From NCBI RefSeq assembly GCF_032062105.1, contig NW_026930525.1:186001-250000 (forward strand): a DNA stretch of 64,000 nucleotides. The letters run 5' to 3'. Below, piece by piece: positions 46,502 to 57,420 of this stretch; position 1 is the stretch's first letter, and each line of letters opens with the position of its first letter. Origin of the DNA: Saccostrea cucullata. Taxonomy: Eukaryota. The translations under genes were made by a program, and so were the position numbers. Below the pieces are notes generated by a model that searched no databases, had not been told where the DNA came from, and saw only the letters and a program-made list of their open reading frames with translations.

Positions 46502-47484
46502 ATGTCCAAGACACGATGTAGTTACGATATCGACACATTACTTTTTTATAGTTTACTATCATATTTCTCTATCCTTTTGTGTTTATTACAGTATACTCTT
46601 TGTTTTAAGAAGTCTTCCTTACTGTCAATATCCACGATGTCGTGCCGATATCGAATCATGATTGTTCAAAGAATTATGGTTTCCATCTATAATACTAGTA
46701 TTGTGTTTTTAACATGTGTTACTCAAATCTATCTTTTATAAAACTTTCCCTGTAGTGTCGATATCGTCGATATCGAATCATGTTTGCTCAGCCCTTGGTA
46801 AATACCGTCCCTGTTACTTTGTATTTGTATTTATGCTTAATTACTTTACTTTTACGACGATTGTACCTGCCATCGATATCGTCGATATCGACGATATCGT
46901 ATCGATATCGAATAATGATTGTTAAAACAAATTACATTAATACAAACACACATTAACACACATTAATACAAATCTTTATTTTTAACATATCCTAAGACAA
47001 TAAGTTCTGTGTTTCTTGAAGCAACGCTTGTGCATATTTACTTTCTGATTAATAAGTTTACCCTACGGTCGATATCGTCGATGTCGTATCGATATCGAAT
47101 CATGATTGTTAACACATATTTAACAACTTTCACCCTCACCCAACATCTTACTCTAAACCTAATCCAAACCAATTACAACCCCTAACTTTTCCCTTATCAT
47201 AATTTATTTTCATATTCATGCTAATATTAATGGATTTTGACTTCACTTGTGACCTTGTAAAATATGTTTTACCTCACTGTGAAAATAAATTCTACAAAAA
47301 GGATCGATATCGATACGATATCGTCATGGTATTGTCGATATCGACGACATCGACATAGTACAAAATCTCATATATGGTACCAAGTATTTCAAATTAATAG
47401 TGCTAATCACGATCGATATCGATACGATATCGACATAATATGGTCGATATCGTCAATATCGACATCGAATTCCTTCTTGGACAT
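46502..47484. mobile_element. MITE with many ATCGAT/GATATC palindromic motifs
   Basis: TIRs ATGTCCAAGA / TCTTGGACAT. Clusters of CGATATCGTCGATATCGA are oriented inversely in the left and right halves. Confidence 0.65.
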
Positions 47485-48115
47485 GTATGGATTAATTGGC
47501 ATGTATGTTTTTTGCAATGTTCCTGCAAACATTTTGAATTCCTGCAAAATTGCTGCAAGCCTATAACAGTAGTTGTAATGTTGGTCGCAATATTGCAGCT
47601 AGCGGCAATAATCCTCAAGAACACTTTCTTTCTTTTTTGTTTGCTGAAGTCTGCAGCCGTATAGCAACTACTATACATACAACCAATATTAACAGCCAAA
47701 AAATTTATTCCGAAATTTTTGGCGTAAGTTACAGCAAATTTATGTTTTAGCAAACTTTGTACCCATTGTTTCCGATTGCAATATTTGCTTTTAAATCTGC
47801 TGTCAATGTTTGCCTCGTCTGTCGTACACGACACATAAAATAATTTGACTCACCAAAATCAAGTATTTATTAAACAAGTAAAATTGATGCAAAGCATCAA
47901 ATCGGCCGCAAACAAAGTTAAGCTTTTAAAAAAATTCTTTTCACAATTCTAAAAGCGTCCATGCAAGGAAAGCACATCAAGATATTCAAAGGTGAAATAC
48001 TAAGTAGTTGAATCATTATTTTTTTCAGGCTGTCTTCAAAGCAAAATAAATATTAAAAAAAAAATTAAATAAATAGACATTTTACCGCACTTGTTCATAC
48101 GTAAATTCGTCGATG

Positions 48116-49037
48116 CACTGTAAAAAAAATAACTAGTTAATGTTACGAAGAAAAGAAAACTAGTAGATTCCTTGTCCATGCAATCACTACCTTAATAGTA
48201 GTTTTACCAGATATTGGTATATTTACTAGATAAGATTAGCAAATTTAGAATTTGATGAGTAACTTTCACTAGGTATCTAAGTATCTATACGACCCCCGCT
48301 CCACAACTCACTATCTTAATTAGTAAACTGAAAGTTTACTAATCACGACCAACGCTTTACGAAACACACTACAGTGTAGTTAAATTCACTAGGTTTTTTT
48401 AGCTCTACTGGTCAGAGACCAGAAGAGCTTATGCGAAAGTAATGCGTCCGGCGTCCGTCCGTCTGTCTGTCTGTAAACAATTTTTCAAAATGCTACTCCT
48501 CCTACAGTTTTGGTCCGATTTCAGTATAACTTGGCACACAAGTAGACTACACTAAGATACATAATTCTGTGCATCGATTTTTGATTTTGATGAACGGTGT
48601 TGCCGAGGTTACTAAAAATAGAATTTTTTTGTGAAATTGTTTCAAAATGCTACTCCTCCTACAGTTTTGATCCAATTTCAATATAACTTGGCGCACAAGT
48701 AGACTACACTAAGATACATAATTCTTTGCATCGGTTTTTGATTTCGATGAACGGTGTTTCCATGGTTACTAAGATTATAAATTTCTGTGAAATTCTTTCA
48801 AAATGCTACTCCTCCTACAGTTTTTATCTGATTTCAGTATAACTTGGCACACAAGTAGACTATACTAAGATACATAATTCTGTGCATCAGTTTTTATTTT
48901 GATGAGTGGCAAGGATAATTTTTTTTATTTATTGCTGATTTAAAGTCTCAAGTCCCAACTGCTACTTTTCTCTTCCTTTGTTTTAAGTATAAACCAGTAG
49001 AGCTACAGTCTCGACAGAGACTTCTGGTCTTTCAGTG
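48116..49037. mobile_element. EnSpm/CACTA-like MITE interrupted by a HINE
   Basis: TG-CACTGTAAAAAAAATAACTAG ... TTTCAGTG-TG. The body is an inverse homolog of 5020-5303. Confidence 0.65.
48394..49030 (+). mobile_element. HINE with ~160-bp tandem repeats
   Basis: TTTTTTTAGCTCTACTGG...GAGCT 5' end, (GTCC/GTCT)n, three AAAATGCTACTCCTCCTACAG units and a 3' CCAGTAGAGCTA plus hairpin. Second copy at 63415-63842. Confidence 0.75.
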
Positions 49038-50019
49038 TGTGAAAAAAGTCAATGATAAATGATAAGAATTTATTGTCATAAAAATGAAGATGTAGGCCTC
49101 TCAACATGTCAGAACCACGTGCTGATACCCTGGATCTTGGTCACGTGATAATTAATGCCCATGGTTTCTGCGAGTAGGCTATATGCTGCAAGCCGCGGTG
49201 CAAAATGTACAAAAAATATCTTTGTGTCATTTGCAGCTATAGAGCATATTCAAAGCAATTTTTACCAGTTGAAAAACTTTTCAATTTTTATTCACCGTAC
49301 ACTTTTACCACGTCATTATTATCCCGAAAATCACTACGATTTCCTTTCATATCTTCCACACTCCAAGCCTGGGGAGTATCTATTGTAAACACTTACTAGT
49401 ATTTATATCCAAAAATTGTAAATTATCTGATGAGAAATAATAATGAAATTGAAACATAATAACAACAATTAATGCTACGTTTAAGGCAAGTTTTAAATCT
49501 TTTTTTTCATGTTTTTACTTGTTTTCACTTTAAAAAAATTTAAGTGAAGTAATAAAAAATAACGTCTCATTTCCCCATGTGCACTTTCTAACACAACCAC
49601 AAATAGATCGGTCGCTCCTGCGGCCGATAACAACAAAGACTATCCACATTTTGTAGTTATGCCATAGAGTGCCTAAATTTATGATATACAGCAAGAAATG
49701 TGATCATGGTGTAGCAGTTTTGATTACTAGTAAATTACTGAATAGCTAAAGTTTGATCAATTTTTCTTGAGCAATGATTGAAATTTAATTTTATTCTATT
49801 CTTATTTTGTTTCAAGAAGAAATCTTAAATTTATATTCAACAGAAAAATAGTTTAAGATAAGCTCAAAACGGGAATCTACTAAACGAAAGTAAAAGAATG
49901 TTATAAATAGTTAAAAATATTATATCAATGCGGCCTCTGTCATAGCGAAAAACAACTTTGCCGTCTGTTGTCCCAGTTGCATCGGCAGTTCCAGTTGTCG
50001 GTAATAGGGCGTGCTGTTA

Positions 50020-50697
50020 ATTGCAAAAGTTAAACTTTCTCAAATGCAAATCCAATATTGGTATCTAACAGAAGATCTTCTCACATTAATACGTGTGCAC
50101 TTGTGAAATATGAAAGCCTTATTACAACCTATTCATAAGTTATTGCAAAGGTGAAAGTCTTTAAAAGTAGGTAAAACTCCTAAGTCAAGGACGAAGTGTC
50201 AAAGTTGTTGGTATCTAAAAGAAGGTCTTGTCAGAAGGATTACATAATTGAGGCATGAAAGCCCTAGCCCTGATCGTTCAAAAGTTATAGCCAAGTTAAA
50301 AGTATTTTCTTAAAGTAGGTCAAACTCCAAAGTCAAGGCCAAAGGGTCAACGTTTCTTGTATCTGAAGGAAGACCTTGTCATAATTTGTGAAGTAAGAAA
50401 GTCCTTGCCCAAGATTTTGAAAAAAGTTATGGACATGGTTAAAGTTGGTTCAAATTTTGCAAAACTGGGCTAGACTCTAAGTCAAAATTTCAAATGTGAT
50501 GGTGCCCAAAAAGAAAGGTCTTATCACCGGGAATACACATATGAAATATGACAGCCCTTTGGTAGTCTCAACCAATCAAAATTTATGGACAAGGTTAAAG
50601 TTTAAACAGAAAAACAGCTACACAGACAAACGGACAGATGGACGGACACGGCAAAAAACTATACACCATGTGCTCTTCGATTATGGGGCCATAAAAA
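50020..50697 (-). mobile_element. Degenerate HINE related to 5662-6598
   Basis: Decayed AAACTCCAAxGTCAAGG units, a GACGGAC microsatellite at about 50625-50650 and a GGGGCCATAAAAA end. Confidence 0.55.
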
Positions 50698-51629
50698 CAG
50701 TCGATATTTTTTGCTAGCATCCTTTTTTTAAAGCTTTATGCCTAATGTGCGTACATGTATGTTTGTTATACCCGTATAAATAGCTTTCTATATATTTATT
50801 ACTAATAAAAAGTCCAACAAAAGAAATGTTTATTACATCGGTTTAACAATTTCACTGTTGACCGGCCTGCCGGTTAACATAAGAATTGTTAGACTGCAAC
50901 GTCACTGCTACGTCACAAGTAATTAATCATCGTTCAATATCGGCGACACGGAAATAGCCGAAGTTAAGAGCTGTAAAGAGTTGTTGCTAATAGGAAGGAA
51001 GAAGGGAAGAGTATATATTTTGCAATAAATAATTTTTGTGATATAATAAAAATATAATTAATTTTGTTCTTTCTCAGCTATTGTTTTATACTTCCTGATT
51101 AAGCCATGATTTTTCATATAAAGTAATTGATAATATAGTGTGTATTGATACCCAGTCAATAACTGTATGATGTCTAATGTATTTGGTTAATGTTAGGCGT
51201 AAGTGGTATACGCATTGACAACGTCACACGGTACATGTACACCAATGAAAGCATAGGATATACCTACTTGTCTGGTACATATAAACTTTGAAATTTGCAA
51301 AACCTGTCATTTTTAGTCTATCTTCGAAAGGCAAAGATGTTTAGCACTTTAATAAGGTAATTTTGTGATATCTATAAAAATTAATGTAAATAGATATTTG
51401 TTCATTTTTTTAAACTTTGCTTTATGATAGATCAGATAATATACTTTGCTATCTATTCATTTCTATTTAAATCGAATGGCTATTGATAACTGAATGAAAA
51501 ACAAAAACCCCACAAAAATTTATTGTTAAACCTTTTGTCGAGTTGCAAAAAATATAGTTTGTACTATTTAAGAAAATGATTTTTCTATTACGAACATACC
51601 TGTTTGCATTTGTCACATTACGTTTCAGA

Positions 51630-54079
51630 ATGCAGTCCGTGATTCTTTGCCTGACTTGCTTCACGACTGTTGTCTATGGATACCCGGATGGAGCACGTGT
51701 GGGCGCTTGTGAGACAATGACTCCCGGCCACGGAGCGGCCGTGCAAACCGGGCCCTCGCCATACCGAATGACTTTGAATAATGAACGTTACTCACCTGGA
51801 AATCGCATCGCAAGTATGTGCATATTTCTTTTAATTCACCCTTTCTCCTCAGTTGTTGGGTATTGTTGCCCCCCCCCCCCCAGATAGTGGGGTACATTGA
51901 AAATATCAGGACCGGGAAAATTCGTCATTTTTGGGAGGGGGTCAAAGAAATTCCTGTTAATTCAAACTGTCAAAGGACAAGGACTTTAATTAAACTGCGA
52001 TAAAAAAGTTTATACTTATAAAATGGTTGGGGTACGCCCCTCCTCTTTGATAGATTGTACTCATCTCAGAAGTTCTTAAAAGAGCATACATCTAAGTATT
52101 GATAAAAGTTACTGCGCAATTAAATATGTACTGATTAAAATTATACACTGCTTAATTAATTTTGTTTTCCTATTTTCAAAGTCACTGTGTCTGGCGGGAC
52201 TTTCAGAGGATTGCTAGTTCAGGCCCGTCCGGCAAACTGCTCGACCGTTACGTTTCCTACATTTTCTCTGATGGCCAATGAATCAAACTTCCAGACTCTG
52301 GACTGTAATAGTGTAGCAAATGTGAGTATGTTTATTATAGCTCTTACAGCAAGCTTAGGACATTTACAGCAATCTACATTTTTGCAGATGTTTCGGATTT
52401 TGGAGTTTTTTTTCTTTTCAATTGTCAACCCTCTTTGTCCTCTTTTCATGTGATTTGTATTTACAAAATTAATGCTTCTATTTTCAATTTTTTTTGTTCT
52501 GATATCATACATTTGCTCTTTGGTATTTCGGCTGCACTTCATTCCAAAAACTTCTAAACCTTGTCTAATGTAGTGCCTTCTGTAATTAGATGATGAAATA
52601 TACTGCGGTTATTTAGACTTCCTGGTCGTTGAGTGATATTATGGGGTATGCAAAGTGTACTTGGGTCTGGGCCTAATAAATCTAATTTATAAATGAACTT
52701 CACAGAGCTCTGTATATAATTAAAAATATATAGGAAACTGTATGAAATATTATAGCGTGAATGAAAATGACAGTTTATTGTTTTAGTGACCACCTTAAAA
52801 TGATATTCTTTTCTTTCTTTTCGAAAAAAAAAACCCTCACAAAGCAGAAATTAAAAAAAATGTACTTCTCATCATTATGTGTGTTTGAATATATTTGCTA
52901 AATTATGCATATTTAGATTCGAGAGAAAGAAAAGCTTCGATCCATATACTCTTAACTTAAAAGTCTTAATGTAAAAAAAAATCAAGCCTAACTTCAAATA
53001 TACATCTTTAACATCAAAGTTCATGTATGAATCAGAATGACAAATCGTTTTTCATGACACCCGGAATATGACACGATGATCTGTAACTCTTCAATGAGTT
53101 ATTTTTCCGGTGATGATACCTATAGTCATTTTCATTGCCGGTGACCGGATATACCGGTATTAATTTACCATACCATTTGACCCATTTGGTTTAAACTATG
53201 TCAAAGACTAGACAACCGTGCACCTCATTCTTTTCTCTCCTTTTTAAGCCGAGCTTTTCGTGAACTTTTTTCCGAAGGCTAAAAAAATCCAGAGTTCTTC
53301 TGTCATCTGTGCACTACCTTGTCACAGATTCAGCTGCTCAAGAACCACCGGTCCAATTGCAACCAAACTTGTCAAAAAAGATTCTTTAGGAAAGGGAATT
53401 CAAGTTTGTTCAAATGAATAGACACACCCTCTTTCAAGAAAGGATCATGAACAGTTAATGAAAAATTAATGGCATCTTTTTCTAAAAAATATCTTCTCAT
53501 AATTAATCACTACTAGATAAGTAAAGATGAAACATATAAAAGCTTTAACTCATAGTGTAAATTCAAGGCTTGAGACTAGATCGGGCCACAATGCTTTATG
53601 AAACCATGGCAACCATTTGTGTCCAATTTTAATAATTAATTTAGTTGTTCAACAACTTTTTTTAATTTGTATTGTTTTTTATTCTTAGAGTGCTGTAACA
53701 CATACCAACAGGAATGACAAAACCCAGGCAGAGTTTTACTGGACTCCTGCAGCGAGTCTAGGCCATGTGTACTTTCGGTAAGCTAATTTAGGACCTGTTA
53801 AACTTTTCAAACTTCTACTTGATACATGATCAGTGTGCTGTACATTATTGATATGAACGCTCCTCCTTCATCGCCGTTTTCTCTTTTTTCAGCGCTACAG
53901 TAGTGCAAAACTTCAACACATACTGGGTTGGGATTCAGTCTAGTGTTTTGAGTGACACTAACTCTGCAGACCCTGTCCCAGATTCTGTGTGCGACATGCA
54001 ACCAAATGGAGGGGCGGATCTGAAGTCAGCTTTATATATAATGGTTACCATGCTGGTGGCGCTTTTTCTGACAGTATAA
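51630..54079 (+). CDS. Reeler-domain protein R3, predicted GPI-anchored, stalkless, about 199 aa (4 coding exons)
   Basis: Exons 51630-51813, 52182-52321, 53689-53777 and 53893-54079 (184/140/89/187). Reeler motifs GYPDGA..ACETMTPGH, FRGLLVQAR, SAVTHTN, FYWTP and YFRATVVQNFNTYW. Ends VCDMQPNGGADLKSALYIMVTMLVALFLTV*. Confidence 0.9.
53300..53600 (+). mobile_element. Old Cg170-type HINE remnant in R3 intron 2
   Basis: CTCAAGAACCACxGGxCCAATT...ACCAAACTT and GGGCCACAATG resemble the array in R2 intron 2. Confidence 0.45.
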
Positions 54080-54456
54080 TGTTTCCATTTCCTTTATGGC
54101 AGTTTATAACTCGATTGTAGAAAAGATGTCATTTCTTGATGCTTTATCTTTTAAACTGTACATCCGTAAAGCAATGTTTATAATTTAAACGTTTTTTGAA
54201 AAAAAGGGTCCTTTAAGATGTCCAGGGGCTCTGACACCTGTGATTTATAGAAAATGATTTTATCAATGTTTAGTTCCAAATATTTTTATATTCACTTTCA
54301 GATACATGTATTTATAAAAGTATAAAATTAAAAACGATTTTTAAACAATTTTTGTCCAACAAGAAGATAAATCGATCTTGATCATAGCTGAACAATGTAC
54401 ATGACTATTGTATATATACTGTATTGAGTATTTCTTTTGTTCAAACTTTGTTCGTA

Positions 54457-54673
54457 CAGACCCTGAGACGTGCTACTACCCCAAAAAAGCGTGTGACTTT
54501 CGTGCGCTTACCGTTTCGTGCAAACCGTGTAGCGTTTCGTGTAAACCGTGCAGCGTTTCGTGCAAACCGTGTAGCGTTTCGTGTAAACCGTGCAGCGTTT
54601 CGTGCAAACCGTGTAGCGTTCGTGTACCGTTCGTGCAGCGAGCGTGTGGGGTAGTAGCACGTCTCAGGGTCTG
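54457..54673. mobile_element. TA-target MITE with perfect 27-bp TIRs and internal 21-bp tandem repeats
   Basis: TA-CAGACCCTGAGACGTGCTACTACCCCA ... TGGGGTAGTAGCACGTCTCAGGGTCTG-TA. Internal units CGTTTCGTG(C/T)AAACCGTG(T/C)AG. Confidence 0.85.
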
Positions 54674-54688
54674 TATTAAAGTTACAGT

Positions 54689-54693
<5 letters not shown>

Positions 54694-54727
<34 letters not shown>
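54694..54727. repeat. (GA)n microsatellite
   Basis: Direct read. Confidence 0.95.
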
Positions 54728-54730
<3 letters not shown>

Positions 54731-55140
54731 ATTGAATGAAGTACATATATCAGAGTTTATGTAATGTACATGTACGTTTTTTTTGTTTTAAAAAGTAGTC
54801 TTTGGGGCTATGATGTACATGGGACCATCAAAGCTTTACATAAAAATAAATGACTTTTATGTCTGTTTGCTTGTTTCATGTATATATCTGTTCTGAAATA
54901 TATCACCCACTTCAATAATATTACCGACAAATTAGGAAAGTCTGCAAACACATAGAGGCACTCCAGTCTATGGTCATTGACCACTGAAGGATCTTTTTCA
55001 TGGATATATAGCTGCAGCTGGTTGGTCCGAATCATATCTTGTCACCCAAAATGGCAAAACAAACGGGTGAAATTCTCGATGATGTTTGAATTTTTCCAGG
55101 CTCATGCAACTGTAGCTCTCCGTAAAAAAAAACAACAAAA

Positions 55141-55968
55141 AAACTAGAGGTACTGTGAGCAATGAGCTCACTAAATGATACCCCCCGCCTCCCATAATGT
55201 CGATGTGTTGCTTTATATTGTTTTACGGTAATGTGTAAAGAGGAATAACTCGTCCCGTCAAATGTTATCCAGAAGCTTCTATTATGTGACGTCATAGGTA
55301 AACAAAAAATGGCAATGTCCATGTTTTGCTGGAAAACCTAAAATACGTGTCGAATAAAAAAGTAAAATAGGAGGTGCACAATGGCAATATGTAATGAAGA
55401 TTCTGTGAAAGTTTCATTCAATTTCACTCAGTAGTATAAGAGGAGTTGCGGATAAGAGAAAAAGCGTAACAGACGGACCGACGGACGGACGGAAATCCCG
55501 ATCACTATATACCCTCCCGCTTTTCAAGCGGGGGGTATAACAACAAAAAACTAGAGGTACTGTGAGCAATGAGCTCTATAAATGATACCCCCGCCTTCCG
55601 TAATGTCCATGCTTTGCTATATATTGTTTTACGGTAATGTGTAAAGAGGAATAACTCGTCGTATCAAATGTTATTCAGAAGCCGCAATATGTGACGTCAT
55701 AGGTAAGAATATGATGGCAATGTCCATGTTTTGCTATGGGAAACCTAAAATACGTGTCGAATAAAAAAGTAAAATAGAAGGTGCACAATCATGACAATGG
55801 CAATATGTAATAAAGATTCTGTGAAAGTTTCATTAAATTTCACTCAGTAGTATAAGAGGAGTTGCGGATAAGAGATGGGTACCCCAAAGCGTAACAGACG
55901 GACGGACGGACGTACAGACGGACATAACGATTACTATATACCCACCCACTTTTCAAGCGGGGGGTATA
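55141..55968 (-). mobile_element. Two tandem copies of a ~400-bp HINE-like element
   Basis: AAACTAGAGGTACTGTGAGCAATGAGCTC at 55141 and 55548. Each copy ends with (GACG)n and TTTCAAGCGGGGGGTATAA. Confidence 0.75.
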
Positions 55969-56690
55969 ATAAAGGTCTATTGACAGACCGAAGAGCTACA
56001 GTGGCACCCAATGATAAAAGTGTATATTTATTACGCACAATAAAATGTGCTCGTTTCTGGATTTATTTCTTAAAATTCTTACTTCTGCTGCACAGAGATA
56101 TGATTCCAATATATAACTAATTTTATAGTTGACATCTGCACGAAGCCTGTTGGTCCGAATCATATCTTGCCACCCAAAATGGCAAAACAAATAGACGAAA
56201 TTCTCGATGATGTTTGAATTTTTTCAGGTCCATGGGACTCTTAACAACGGTTCTAAGGAATGTTTTGTTGTGGAAATTGGAAAAAATGTGTTAGGAACAA
56301 TTGATTTAGTAATATTCTAAGATGGCAATTTGAAAATTACGGAGAAATAAAGTGAGAAACAGCTCACATTTTTTGTGTGCATATACAGTTTTATTTTCAA
56401 TGGGCGGCACTGTAGCTCCCTGGTCTTCCATCCATTTTTGTTCAAATCTCCATATGAATGCTCTCTCCTTTCAAGTTGAACTGGGTGATATATGGAGATT
56501 TCTTTGCATGATCCGGAATCCTAAATTTTTGTCAGCCTTCTTACAGATATTTGAGATGTTTATGTAGTCCCCAATTTAGATCGGATGATACTGTACAGCC
56601 CAAATACTTTGCCCCGGTAGATTTTTCATGGACAAGTGTATGATTATGAAGAGTGTAGTTGTAATTTTTTTTTTTTGAAACTGTTAGTAT

Positions 56691-56818
56691 NNNNNNNNNN
56701 NNNNNNNNNNNNNNNNNNNNNNNNNNNNNNNNNNNNNNNNNNNNNNNNNNNNNNNNNNNNNNNNNNNNNNNNNNNNNNNNNNNNNNNNNNNNNNNNNNNN
56801 NNNNNNNNNNNNNNNNNN
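56691..56818. other. Assembly gap (N run)
   Basis: N bases. Confidence 1.
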
Positions 56819-57289
56819 GATTTTTTTTTCACATAAATTATTTGTGATAAAATCTATACTATCATTTCAGAAACATTTTATAAAAAAAATCTACCCCACT
56901 CTCTATATATAAATTAACAAGGGATGATTTTTATATATCGAATGTAGGAAAGATTTATAAAACTTTTGTTTTAGGTAATTTTTCGAATTGTTGGTATAGA
57001 TTTTATCACAAATACAGATGTATGTCATTGAAAGATAATTTATGAGAAAAAAGTCGAAAAGTCCAAAGGGTACATATGGAAGTTGAGTCCTATCCTCGAG
57101 CACCTATCAAATTAGCAGAATATTGGATAAATTGGGTCCTTTCAATTTCATTCAGTAGTAAATGTTGGGTAAAATAATCATTTTTTATGCTTTTTCTTCA
57201 TTTGATTTTCTGTAATCATTCATTGTAAATATTTTCAGATCTAATTAATGAAACATAAAATTTGTTTCTGTTGGCTTTCCTCTCTGCTA

Positions 57290-57420
57290 GTCGGAGATTT
57301 ACGTACAGAGAGCCGAGAAGACTACATCCCCGGGAATCGGCTGTTTCCGTATATACGGAAATTACCGAATAAGCAATCGCGCGAGATTCTCGAGCTTATT
57401 CGAGAAAATGGCCGCCGTGA
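57290..57420 (+). promoter_or_regulatory. CpG-rich housekeeping-type promoter / 5' UTR of PUF60
   Basis: Local CpG enrichment, CGGAA (ETS-like), TCGCGCGAGA (TCTCGCGAGA-like), and AAAATGGCCGCC (YY1-like) overlapping the start codon. No TATA box. Confidence 0.5.

Noticed and set aside
29352-54079. Naming the Reeler genes FRRS1 or reelin
   Set aside because: Only a single Reeler domain plus a short hydrophobic tail is present. There is no DOMON, cytochrome b561 or reelin repeat.
54408-54764. Cys-rich CKPCSVS-repeat ORF resembling a metallothionein
   Set aside because: It lies inside a TIR-bounded MITE and runs into a (GA)n microsatellite. A 21-bp repeat is open in several frames by chance.
54805-56604. 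A larger DNA element enclosing the tandem HINEs (duplicated TTGGTCCGAATCATATCTTG at about 55022 and 56150)
   Set aside because: Internal repeats are visible, but termini and TSD could not be defined with confidence.
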